This document shows positions 10,370 to 19,383 of a stretch of DNA of 64,000 bases, piece by piece; position 1 is the first letter of the stretch, and the number at the start of each line of letters is the position of its first letter. The position numbers and the translations under genes are program-made. The notes under the pieces were generated by a model, which worked only from the letters and a program-made list of their open reading frames with translations, had not been told where the DNA came from and did no database searches. The stretch is from contig MTLP01000036.1 in assembly GCA_002009975.1 (NCBI GenBank), positions 13,563 through 77,562 on the forward strand, read 5' to 3'. The stretch is from Thermococcus sp. JdFR-02 (GTDB taxonomy: Archaea; Methanobacteriota_B; Thermococci; Thermococcales; Thermococcaceae).

Positions 10370-11059
10370 TTAACGCCTTGAGGTTATTTCCAGTACCATG
10401 AAGGTTCTAGCAACTGGATTTGGGTAAAGTTCCCAATTGAGTTTTTCATCAAAATTTATCGGTAATTCCCCATAAAGACCTCCCTCCTTTGGATCCAAGC
10501 TTTTTCCAAGTATTTTATCGCTTAAAATTTTCACTTCCATGTATCTAGGTAAGCCGATCCTCACATGCCCCTTCTTCATTGCATACTCAATACCCCATTT
10601 TGCAGAATATATTCCAGCAAAGATTTCTGCAATTCTAACTATTGTGCTTTCTTTTCCAATTGTTAGGATCTCTACTCCAGTTTCTTCCCAAAACTTCTTT
10701 GCTATTGGTTGTAGCTCTTTACCAAGTTCTAACCAAATTCTTTTTCCCCTCTCAGAAATTCTCAAGGCTTCAATTGTTGGTTTGTCAAGTTGTCTTAGAG
10801 GCAATCCTCCCAATGTTGAATCTAAATGAATTACATCGGCTTTAGTTTCTCGAGCTAATTGTATAGCCAAAAGAACCTCATCCTTTATCGCCTTTCTGCC
10901 GCTCAAATCATAATCAAAAGGATCGCCATATTTTACAATGCTCTTTTTTGCAGTTATGTAGGGTTTTTCAACGTAAACAGCGGCAGTAGCTATCAGACCT
11001 AATGGATTATATTCCTCATCCAATACTGCTCCCCCTGTATCAGAAGCAACTATTTTCAT
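10370..11059 (-). CDS. Conserved Thermococcales protein (DUF4152-like)
   Basis: IVASDTGGA, IHLDSTLGG motifs recalled from this family. Confidence 0.65.
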   Translation of the reverse strand: MKIVASDTGGAVLDEEYNPLGLIATAAVYVEKPYITAKKSIVKYGDPFDYDLSGRKAIKDEVLLAIQLARETKADVIHLDSTLGGLPLRQLDKPTIEALRISERGKRIWLELGKELQPIAKKFWEETGVEILTIGKESTIVRIAEIFAGIYSAKWGIEYAMKKGHVRIGLPRYMEVKILSDKILGKSLDPKEGGLYGELPINFDEKLNWELYPNPVARTFMVLEITSRR

Positions 11060-11227
11060 ACTCTCACCCCATTAATTTGTGACATCAAGAATAAATGGTT
11101 AGAGTTCGATCATCACTTCTCAGCATTTGACAAACTCGCCATCTACACTAAAAACTTCCTTAACAGCCTTATTAAGTTAACTAAGCTTTAAAAGCTAAAC
11201 GTGTTAAACATTGACTAAGGTGTTATT

Positions 11228-11662
11228 ATGAACGTTGAAAAGGTTATAGAGTCTTTAGGGGGAGAAATGCTCAATGTGGGAAAGCCTGTAAAGACAGTCG
11301 CTCAAGCTGCTAAGGCTACGAAGGCTTCCCCAAAACAAATCATAAAATCCCTTGTGCTAATCTCTGAAAAAGGTCCAATATTAGCAATAGTAGATGGGGA
11401 ATCAAAAGTTAGCTTTGAAAAAATTGAACAGCATTTTGGAAAGGTTAGATTGGCAACTCCAGAAGAGGTTAGAAAAATAACGGGGTTTGAAATTGGAGGG
11501 GTTCCTCCCGTAGGCATTAACATTAAAACAGTCATAGATCCCAAGGTTCTTGAAAATGAGTTTGTAATTGGTGGAGGAGGAAGAATAGACAAACTCTGTA
11601 AACTTAACCCAAAAAAGATAATTGAGTATCAGAGAGCAGAAGTAATTGAGATTAGAAAATAA
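11228..11662 (+). CDS. YbaK/ProX-family aminoacyl-tRNA deacylase
   Basis: QIIKSLV, TGFEIGGVPPVG, GGG motifs. Confidence 0.88.
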   Translation: MNVEKVIESLGGEMLNVGKPVKTVAQAAKATKASPKQIIKSLVLISEKGPILAIVDGESKVSFEKIEQHFGKVRLATPEEVRKITGFEIGGVPPVGINIKTVIDPKVLENEFVIGGGGRIDKLCKLNPKKIIEYQRAEVIEIRK

Positions 11663-11983
11663 TCAGGGTATTTCCTTATCGTAAATCCTTAACGCATCTT
11701 CTCTAATGCTCTTTGCGATTTCCTCCGTTACACTTTCTAAAGCTAATTGATAGTTCTTGTATTTTTCAATCACATCATAAATGTCGGGATATCTAACCTT
11801 CATCATTCCCAAAGTTCCTTCTGGAGGTATGAGCATTCCCAAATCTCTATAAAGCAAGTAAGCGCTTATCCTAAATAAGACTCCAAGATAGTGGGAAAAG
11901 GCTATTTGGTAATTACCCTCTTCAAATGCCTTATTTGCTAAATCCATTATCTCATTAATCTTCTGTAACATTTCCTCTTCCAT
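11663..11983 (-). CDS. Hypothetical helical protein (weak HEPN/PaREP1-like N-terminus)
   Basis: ANKAFEEGNYQIAF pattern; no R-x4-H catalytic motif seen. Confidence 0.6.
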   Translation of the reverse strand: MEEEMLQKINEIMDLANKAFEEGNYQIAFSHYLGVLFRISAYLLYRDLGMLIPPEGTLGMMKVRYPDIYDVIEKYKNYQLALESVTEEIAKSIREDALRIYDKEIP

Positions 11984-12040
11984 ATCACATACCCCTAGAT
12001 TTATCTAGGTTACATCCTAATTAAAACTTTGGAGATCAAG

Positions 12041-13048
12041 ATGAGGAGAGGGAACTTTTTAGTTTGGGTAGTAGTTATTTTATTTATATTCTATTTAGCA
12101 TGGAGAGTCATAGAACCGCTGATATCACCGATATTCTTTGCTGCCGTGCTTGTTTATGCTGTAAATCCAATACACAAGCGACTATCCTCGAAAATAGGAG
12201 AAGAGAAATCGTTTATACTATTGACAATACTGCTTGTTCTGATAGTTGTTATGATAACGGTTGAACTCATACTTCTCTTTAAAAAGGTCATGGAATCTGT
12301 TTATACCTACGTTGATCTGTTCCTAAAATGGTTTGAGACTTTAACTTTGCCTTTTGGAATGGAAGAGGCAATACAAAAAGCCTATTCCCAGATAATGCCA
12401 AAGCTCTCAGAATACACGATAAATTACACCCTTTCAATTCCAAAATACCTAATCCAAACGGTGATATTTTTAGCAGTCTTTTACTACTTCCTAACTCATG
12501 CAGAGAGTATAAAGATGGAGATATACAGCCTATTACCGAGAGATAATAGAGAGTTAGCCGAGAAGCTTTTAAGAAGAGCGGATCTAACTTTGCAAGCTTT
12601 GATTAGATCATGGCTGCTCTTAAACATCGCAAAAGGAATAGTAATGACAGCAGGATTTCTAATTTTTGGCGTTACAGATTTAGCGGGTTCAATTGGTGCT
12701 GGACTGTTCACAATACTTTTCAGCTTTATTCCTCTATTTGAAGGTTGGATGGTGTGGCTTATCGGAGCAATATATCTTATAAAAAATGGTAATCCCACAA
12801 CAGCGTTGCTATTGTCGATTTATGGATTTACTCTAGTCTCTCCCCTACCAGACTTTACAATAAGACCAAAAATCGTGGCTAAAGAAGCCAAATTAGATTC
12901 CATGATGGTTCTAATTGGAATGATTGGTGGAACAATGGCTTTTGGACTAAAAGGATTAATTGCTGGTCCTATAGTTCTAAATCTCGTCTCAGCTTTGATA
13001 AAGGAGTGGAAAAGACATGAAAGAGCTAAAGCAGTAATCATAGAGTAG
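12041..13048 (+). CDS. AI-2E family transporter
   Basis: Multi-TM; PIFFAAVLVYAVNP, D..IRP, GG..AFG.KGLI.GP. Confidence 0.88.
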   Translation: MRRGNFLVWVVVILFIFYLAWRVIEPLISPIFFAAVLVYAVNPIHKRLSSKIGEEKSFILLTILLVLIVVMITVELILLFKKVMESVYTYVDLFLKWFETLTLPFGMEEAIQKAYSQIMPKLSEYTINYTLSIPKYLIQTVIFLAVFYYFLTHAESIKMEIYSLLPRDNRELAEKLLRRADLTLQALIRSWLLLNIAKGIVMTAGFLIFGVTDLAGSIGAGLFTILFSFIPLFEGWMVWLIGAIYLIKNGNPTTALLLSIYGFTLVSPLPDFTIRPKIVAKEAKLDSMMVLIGMIGGTMAFGLKGLIAGPIVLNLVSALIKEWKRHERAKAVIIE

Positions 13049-13574
13049 CTATCTCAGCACCTTTTTCTTCCAGTTCTTTTATGACCTTTTCTTCGTCTTC
13101 TGGCTTAATGCCTTTAATAGCATCTTTTAAAATAACAACCTCAAATCCAAGCTTTAAAGCGTCTAAAGCCGTTGCCCTAACACAGTACTCCGTTGCAACC
13201 CCACAGATATAAACCTTCTTAACGCCTTTCTCTTTCAGTATTTGCTCCAAATTTGTGCCTTCAAAACCAGAATAAGCCTCCTTATCCGGTTTATCAGCTT
13301 TTGAGATTATTATTGCATCTTCCGGTAATTTAATGACGAATTCTGCACCTTCCGTATTCTGAACACAGTGCTTGGGCCAAATTCCCCCATATTCCTTAAA
13401 ACTCATGTGATTTTCAGGGTGCCAGTCTCTTGTTGCAACAATTAGGGCATTTCTTTTCTTAAAAAGCTCAATATATTTCTCTATTCTTGGAATTATCTTA
13501 TCTCCATTTGGAACTGGCAACGCTCCACCAGGCATGAAATCCTTCTGCATATCAACAATTATTAGGGCTTCCAT
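13038..13574 (-). CDS. pncA: Nicotinamidase/pyrazinamidase (isochorismatase family)
   Basis: IVDMQKDFMPGGAL, DWHPENH, WPKHCVQ, GVATEYCV. Confidence 0.9.
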   Translation of the reverse strand: MEALIIVDMQKDFMPGGALPVPNGDKIIPRIEKYIELFKKRNALIVATRDWHPENHMSFKEYGGIWPKHCVQNTEGAEFVIKLPEDAIIISKADKPDKEAYSGFEGTNLEQILKEKGVKKVYICGVATEYCVRATALDALKLGFEVVILKDAIKGIKPEDEEKVIKELEEKGAEIATL

Positions 13575-13616
13575 CTTTTCCACCGAACATATGTTCGATA
13601 AGGAACTATTTATCGT

Positions 13617-14018
13617 TTATCCCAAATCCAGCTTATCCCTAAACTTAAACATGTTCAAACCTTTATCCAGCCCGTAGAGATAGAGAACAATCCTTTTATC
13701 CAAGTCACCGTAACGTTTTGAAAACTCCTTAAGCTCCTCTAAAATCTCAAACTCATTCCAACCAAGTTCTTTTGCAATGTAGGAGAGCATTTCATTAAAA
13801 ACATCGATTTTTTCCTCCTCTTCTTCAAGTTTTTCAGTGTTAATTACAAATTTATCTTCGATTACCTCAATAACTCCTTTTTCAATGGCATCATCTATCA
13901 GCTTCTTTGCTTCTTTAACCCCCATAATCCTCAATTTAAAAACAAGTATGCCAATTAGTTCTTGCTTCATAAACTCATTTGAGCCTTTGAAAAGAACAGC
14001 ATCTTTCAATGCTTGCAC
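13617..14018 (-). CDS. DUF2240-like archaeal protein
   Basis: Length and acidic two-domain pattern typical of DUF2240; GGTGAG RBS. Confidence 0.65.
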   Translation of the reverse strand: MQALKDAVLFKGSNEFMKQELIGILVFKLRIMGVKEAKKLIDDAIEKGVIEVIEDKFVINTEKLEEEEEKIDVFNEMLSYIAKELGWNEFEILEELKEFSKRYGDLDKRIVLYLYGLDKGLNMFKFRDKLDLG

Positions 14019-14060
14019 CAAAACTCACCAAATAAAATTAGACATAAAAAGATAAAAGGT

Positions 14061-14699
14061 TTAGGCTCCAGGTCCTCCTCCACCACCCCAGAAGAACATT
14101 TCAAATGGGAAGTTGAATAGACTTGAGAGTTTCCCTCCTGGAGATTCTGGGAACAGCATATAGGAGGTCCTCAAAGACTTAACTTTTTTCCCTTCAACTT
14201 CATAGATGTAAATTTTAACAACCGGCAAGAGAGGGTATCCCTGGGTAATGACCACTTGATCAATCTTTCTAACAAGCAGTCCTTCTCTCACAACATCTTG
14301 AAGCTTGTATGCTTTTAAAATGCCAAAAGATGGCATTCCAAGCTTTTTCATATTCTCAATGTCAAATCTGTAGAATTCATCGTCTTCCATATCCTTAATG
14401 AGTTCAGACAATGTGAAATGAGTTCCTGTTAACGTGAAAGAGTATGTGGATAGGTAGTAGTCTGTGAACTTAAATGCCGAAATAGACCACAGAGTAAGAC
14501 CAATTAAAAGCCACGGCAGCCATTTTTTGAGGAAAACCCTAAAACCATACTGTATCCCTTCAAATGCTGGCTTTTTTATTAAAAGAAAATCTCTGTTTTT
14601 ATATGCACCAAGGGCTATGATCACCCAAGAGAATATATAATACAAGAGAAGCATGAAGAGGTATGCACCATAAGAGGGAGCATGCTCATAGTACGCCAT
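14061..14699 (-). CDS. Hypothetical membrane protein
   Basis: Two N-terminal TM segments; GGAGGTGG RBS. Confidence 0.7.
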   Translation of the reverse strand: MAYYEHAPSYGAYLFMLLLYYIFSWVIIALGAYKNRDFLLIKKPAFEGIQYGFRVFLKKWLPWLLIGLTLWSISAFKFTDYYLSTYSFTLTGTHFTLSELIKDMEDDEFYRFDIENMKKLGMPSFGILKAYKLQDVVREGLLVRKIDQVVITQGYPLLPVVKIYIYEVEGKKVKSLRTSYMLFPESPGGKLSSLFNFPFEMFFWGGGGGPGA

Positions 14700-14817
14700 T
14701 CTACCACCTCCAACTAAATCTAGTTATGTTAATACTTTTTCGATATTTAAAACTTTTGCAGCATTGTAAAAGTTAAGGATAAAAAGAAGAACTTAAAATT
14801 AAACTTTGGTGAGTGCA

Positions 14818-15216
14818 ATGGAGCAAAGAACGCACAACTTAACTTCAAAAAATCTGGTAGGAGAACCAATAAAAATTGAAGAGGGCTATGCTAAGGTTAA
14901 ATTAAAAACAAGTGAAGAGATGATAGTTGATAAGTATAAACTCGTTCATGGAGGTTTTACTTTTGGTTTAGCTGATTATGCCGCAATGCTCGCTATCAAT
15001 GAGCCAACTGTCGTCTTAGGAAAAGCTGAAGTCAAGTTTACTAAGCCTGTAAAGTTAGGGGATGAGATAACCGCAAAAGCGAAGGTTCGGGAAGATTTAG
15101 GGAAGAAAAAAGTCGTTTTCGTTGAAGTTTTTAACCAAGAAGACGAAAAAGTCTTTGAGGGAACTTTTTATTGTTACGTTTTAGATAAACACGTTCTAGA
15201 GAATAGAGGAGCATGA
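14818..15216 (+). CDS. PaaI-family hotdog thioesterase
   Basis: VHGGFTFGLADYAAM. Confidence 0.88.
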   Translation: MEQRTHNLTSKNLVGEPIKIEEGYAKVKLKTSEEMIVDKYKLVHGGFTFGLADYAAMLAINEPTVVLGKAEVKFTKPVKLGDEITAKAKVREDLGKKKVVFVEVFNQEDEKVFEGTFYCYVLDKHVLENRGA

Positions 15217-15258
15217 GTCCCTTTCTTCTTTTATTACCATCGCAAAGTGTTCCAGAGC

Positions 15259-16496
15259 TTTTTAATTCTTTTAAAGTCTTATTGGAACATGTTTACCTGA
15301 GGACTTTCCACGCTACTGTAGATACCTTTCAATTCTTTTAAAGTCTTATTGGAACTTTGGGTCCGTTTTGGGATTATATTTACAAGTCTCTCTTTCAATT
15401 CTTTTAAAGTCTTATTGGAACAATCAGTATCATGAAGTGGAGAGATGACGAACTCGTCTTTCAATTCTTTTAAAGTCTTATTGGAACATGCAATAAGAGA
15501 GCTTTACGCTGAGCTAAGAGAGCAAGGAGCTTTCAATTCTTTTAAAGTCTTATTGGAACAAAGATTTTGAAAGAAAGACTTGAGAAAAAAAGAGAACTTT
15601 CAATTCTTTTAAAGTCTTATTGGAACCTTTTCATTCGCAAAGTGGACGAAAATGCATTTATAGCTTTCAATTCTTTTAAAGTCTTATTGGAACTTGAAAT
15701 GTTTCTGTATCTACGGCTATAATAAAACGCTTTCAATTCTTTTAAAGTCTTATTGGAACAAGAAATACAAAATAGTAGAGGAAAGAGAACTCGCAGACTT
15801 TCAATTCTTTTAAAGTCTTATTGGAACGCTTATTATGCTAACGAAAAAGCTTTGATTTGTCTTCTTTCAATTCTTTTAAAGTCTTATTGGAACAGAAGAT
15901 GAGGCTTCATGAGGTGATTAGGATGGCTGTCTTTCAATTCTTTTAAAGTCTTATTGGAACTGGCGATATAATTGAAAGGGAAGTGTTTGACGAAGAAACT
16001 TTCAATTCTTTTAAAGTCTTATTGGAACGCCTTATGATATATAATTCCAGAGTCCACAATTTCATCTTTCAATTCTTTTAAAGTCTTATTGGAACTTGAT
16101 AGCAGGATGGATAAACAATCAATTCAAATTCAACTTTCAATTCTTTTAAAGTCTTATTGGAACGCGTTTAGAAGCTAAAAACTATATTGATAACAGAAAA
16201 CCTTTCAATTCTTTTAAAGTCTTATTGGAACTATTTAGGTCAGGGCTATTATTCAGTGCTACGCACTTTCAATTCTTTTAAAGTCTTATTGGAACCCAGA
16301 ATACATGACGAGATAACAAAACTTGCAAAGAACTTTCAATTCTTTTAAAGTCTTATTGGAACCGTAGTAACAGGGGAGATAGAAAGAGAGACGATCTTAC
16401 TTTCAATTCTTTTAAAGTCTTATTGGAACAAAGTGAGGGTAGAGGTCAGAGAGACTGGGGAGTATCCTTTCAATTCTTTTAAAGTCTTATTGGAAC
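15259..16496 (-). CRISPR. CRISPR array, 19 repeats / 18 spacers (34-42 nt); repeat GTTCCAATAAGACTTTAAAAGAATTGAAAG; no cas genes in the window
   Basis: 18 exact copies of CTTTCAATTCTTTTAAAGTCTTATTGGAAC on + plus a degenerate trailer copy (15259-15288); 3' ATTGAAAG tag; leader on the right, so transcribed on the minus strand. Confidence 0.99.
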
Positions 16497-16990
16497 AGGG
16501 GCGAATTTTCCCCTATTTCCCCAATAAAACTCTAAAAGAACTCAAAATATAAAAGATTTTTGGCAAAGGGGAAGTAGCAGGTCGTATAAATGGGCTCAAA
16601 TTCTGACAAATTTGCAACTCTTTTAAGCTATTAAGCTTGTAGGCTTTCACAACTCATGAAATGTACGACTTTATGAGGAAAATTGCAAAGCTTTTTTAAG
16701 CGTTCAAACTCAAAAATTTTCTCCTAAATACCTCAAAACTAAAAATGGTCAAATTTTCAAGAGGAAAAGACATTAAAAAGTCATTGAAATTTTCAATTCA
16801 GAATGCATAAATTTAAAATGTCACAGTTTCTGCAGAAATTCATGACATGATGTGATTTTATAACATTTGATTACTAAAAATGTGAGATTTGACAAAAAGA
16901 CTCTAATCCAAAAACAAACACCTTAAGAGCAGAATTCTAGAGAAATGAAACCTTTCAGCAAGAACTGAAAAATATTCGGTGTTGATATTT
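16497..16990 (-). promoter_or_regulatory. CRISPR leader (AT-rich, ORF-free) with minus-strand TATA (~16547-16555) and AGGGG..CCCCT hairpin abutting the first repeat
   Basis: About 500 bp non-coding next to the non-degenerate end of the array; TTTTATAT on the minus strand. Confidence 0.8.
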
Positions 16991-17012
16991 AAACGAAGAC
17001 TTTATATACATA

Positions 17013-17029
17013 ATATCGAAATTCGATAT
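17013..17029. promoter_or_regulatory. Probable PadR auto-operator
   Basis: Perfect inverted repeat ATATCGAA-A-TTCGATAT immediately downstream of TTTATATA (17001-17008). Confidence 0.65.
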
Positions 17030-17040
17030 CGGTGTTCGTT

Positions 17041-17340
17041 ATGTTGCGAGAAATATTCCATGGGTTTATTAGAGTTCACATCCTTTATCATGCAAGTAAG
17101 GAACCTATGAGCGGAGCATTTATGATGAAAGAGCTGAGGAGACACGGTTACCACATAAGTCCCGGAACCCTTTACCCAATTCTCCACAAAATGGAAGCTC
17201 AGGGATTTTTGGAAGGTGAGTGGAAAGTCATTAATGGAAAGAGGGTTAAGCTGTACTCTATAACTGAAAAGGGTTTGGAAGTGCTTAAAGAGAGTAAAGC
17301 AAAGATTAAAGAACTCTTTGATGAAATTATGGAGGAATGA
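17041..17340 (+). CDS. PadR-family transcriptional regulator
   Basis: ISPGTLYPILHKME..G, KLYSITEKG. Confidence 0.92.
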   Translation: MLREIFHGFIRVHILYHASKEPMSGAFMMKELRRHGYHISPGTLYPILHKMEAQGFLEGEWKVINGKRVKLYSITEKGLEVLKESKAKIKELFDEIMEE

Positions 17341-18533
17341 CAATGGAGGAGAAAGAGAAAACATACTTTGGAATCAGCTGGAATGTTTTGATGCTCGGAT
17401 TTGTGAGCTTTTTAAATGATATGAGCAGCGAAATGATCGCTCCTATTGTGCCGAGTTATTTAATAAACGTTTTAAAAGTCAGCAAAGCAACGAGCGGCTT
17501 TATAATGGGCTTGATTGAGAGCTTAAGTTCGCTCTTTAAAGTTATTTTTGGTTATATAAGTGATAAATTTCAAAACAGGAAGCTTTTCGTTACGTTGGGT
17601 TATTCACTCTCCACAATTTCAAAAGGAGCCTTAGCTTTTGCTCAAAGCTGGTTAAGTTTTTTGGGATTAAGGGTTATCGATAGAGTTGGAAAGGGTGTGA
17701 GAACAGCCCCAAGGGATGCATTGATAGCTGAATCAGCTCAAAAAGGCAAAACTGGAACGTCCTTTGGATTTCATAGAATGATGGATACATTAGGAGCGGT
17801 AGCTGGACCATTAGTCGCAATAGGTCTCTTAGCCTTATTTAACAGCTCCGGAGATATTGGAACTTATAGAAAAATCTTCCTTCTTTCAGCTCTTCCCGGC
17901 TTAATTGGTGTTTTAATTGTTGTTTTCCTTGTCAAGGATACTGGAAAAGAAGTTAAGAAAAAGATAAAGGGCATTTCTGCTCTAAAAAGTAAAAATCTGA
18001 GATTGTTTTTGCTTGTAATTGCAATCGGAGCCTTAGGTAGGTATAGCTATGCTTTTACAATGTGGAAAGCACAAGAGCTTGGATATTCAGTTGTTCAGAG
18101 CTTGGGATTCTATGCTTTGTTTAACGCTATTTATGCATTTTCAGCTTATCCAATAGGAATTTACTCAGATAAGGTGAGCAAAAAAGGAATAATTACGGTT
18201 GGCTTTGGAATAGCAACTTTAGCCGCTCTTACTTTTGCATATGCAACAAACTTAGAAACACTCATAATTGGCTTTGTTCTCTATGGCTTCTACATGGCAA
18301 TAGAGGATACAATCCCAAGAGCTTACATGGCTGATTTGGCAAAAGAATTTGAGAAAGGAACTGTTATTGGAGCTTATCACACGGTATTTGGAATCTTTGT
18401 GTTTCCAGCATCCCTTATAGTTGGCTATTTATGGCAGAACTACAGTCTAGAATATGGTTTTCTCTATGCGGCATTCATGAGTGCTTTGGCTATGCTTTTA
18501 ATGACACTTATAAAAGAAGAAAAACAAGCTTAA
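17337..18533 (+). CDS. MFS transporter
   Basis: About 12 TM; GYISDKF, RVGKGVRTAPRDALIA; ATGA overlap with padR. Confidence 0.92.
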   Translation: MTMEEKEKTYFGISWNVLMLGFVSFLNDMSSEMIAPIVPSYLINVLKVSKATSGFIMGLIESLSSLFKVIFGYISDKFQNRKLFVTLGYSLSTISKGALAFAQSWLSFLGLRVIDRVGKGVRTAPRDALIAESAQKGKTGTSFGFHRMMDTLGAVAGPLVAIGLLALFNSSGDIGTYRKIFLLSALPGLIGVLIVVFLVKDTGKEVKKKIKGISALKSKNLRLFLLVIAIGALGRYSYAFTMWKAQELGYSVVQSLGFYALFNAIYAFSAYPIGIYSDKVSKKGIITVGFGIATLAALTFAYATNLETLIIGFVLYGFYMAIEDTIPRAYMADLAKEFEKGTVIGAYHTVFGIFVFPASLIVGYLWQNYSLEYGFLYAAFMSALAMLLMTLIKEEKQA

Positions 18534-18748
18534 GTAGACTCCATCTTTTCTACCATTTCTTTTGTGATTGTCAGTGGCTTTTCGACTTCATAGATATCTG
18601 CAAACTCCCAAATAACTTCTCCTTTGTTCATTGCTTTTGCATAGCGTTTTGCTAACTCTTCAGCTTCCTCCAAACTTTGGGCTTCAACTATTCTCCTTAT
18701 ATACCACTTCATTCCACCATACCTAAGTTTAAACTCTGCCATATACAT
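18530..18748 (-). CDS. Small hypothetical protein
   Basis: VEAQSLEEAEELA pattern; GGTGA RBS. Confidence 0.7.
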   Translation of the reverse strand: MYMAEFKLRYGGMKWYIRRIVEAQSLEEAEELAKRYAKAMNKGEVIWEFADIYEVEKPLTITKEMVEKMEST

Positions 18749-18819
18749 TAGCATCACCAGATAGAATTATTAAAGTAGGGATATAAAAGGGTAACCTCTC
18801 TAAAAAGTTTACTAAAAAC

Positions 18820-19359
18820 TTATTCTTCATTTTTGCTCTGGAAATACTCACTTAACCTTTCTACAAGTTTGTTGACACAGTATTGGGTAAGTTCTTCGTT
18901 ACACCCACCTACAGTTCTTGTTATGAGATAGTTATTCTTTAAATATGCTATGGTAATGGAACTGTCTTTTTCTGTACTATTTATTGTATATCCAAATCTA
19001 AATGGGGGTCTGAATGTGTAGTTTTTCGTTATTATTTTTCCAAAATAGCATTCCGATTCATTTCCAACCATAACAATAACTTTCCCATTTTCAAGAGACC
19101 AAAGAATAATATCTGGTGATAATGATGATTTGATTGATATTATGATAATCTCAGCATTGTAAGGGTTGCTTGTTTTATTTGTAAATACTTTCTGGGTTAT
19201 ATTGAGAAAACTGTCTGGTAAATCTTTTTCTAGATATGTGAGGTGAGTTATTTTGTAATTACTAGGATTGCTTGAAGTTAAATCATAAATGCTAAAACTT
19301 AGGAGCCCATATAAGAAAGTAAAAAGTAAAATAGCAATAAAAAATATTCTCCTCCTCAT
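18820..19359 (-). CDS. Membrane-anchored protein paralogous to the N-terminal domain of the upstream secreted protein (candidate immunity/chaperone)
   Basis: N-terminal basic+TM anchor; five N-x-S/T sequons; motif alignment with 19384-20520 (see findings). Confidence 0.8.
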   Translation of the reverse strand: MRRRIFFIAILLFTFLYGLLSFSIYDLTSSNPSNYKITHLTYLEKDLPDSFLNITQKVFTNKTSNPYNAEIIIISIKSSLSPDIILWSLENGKVIVMVGNESECYFGKIITKNYTFRPPFRFGYTINSTEKDSSITIAYLKNNYLITRTVGGCNEELTQYCVNKLVERLSEYFQSKNEE

Positions 19360-19383
19360 TATTATTCACCAGGTTCATTGTTT

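Noticed and set aside
15279-15464. 61-aa ORF with repeated SNKTLKELK
   Set aside because: Translation of CRISPR repeats
15289-16466. Self-targeting or duplicated spacers
   Set aside because: None noticed by eye within the window; needs a computational search
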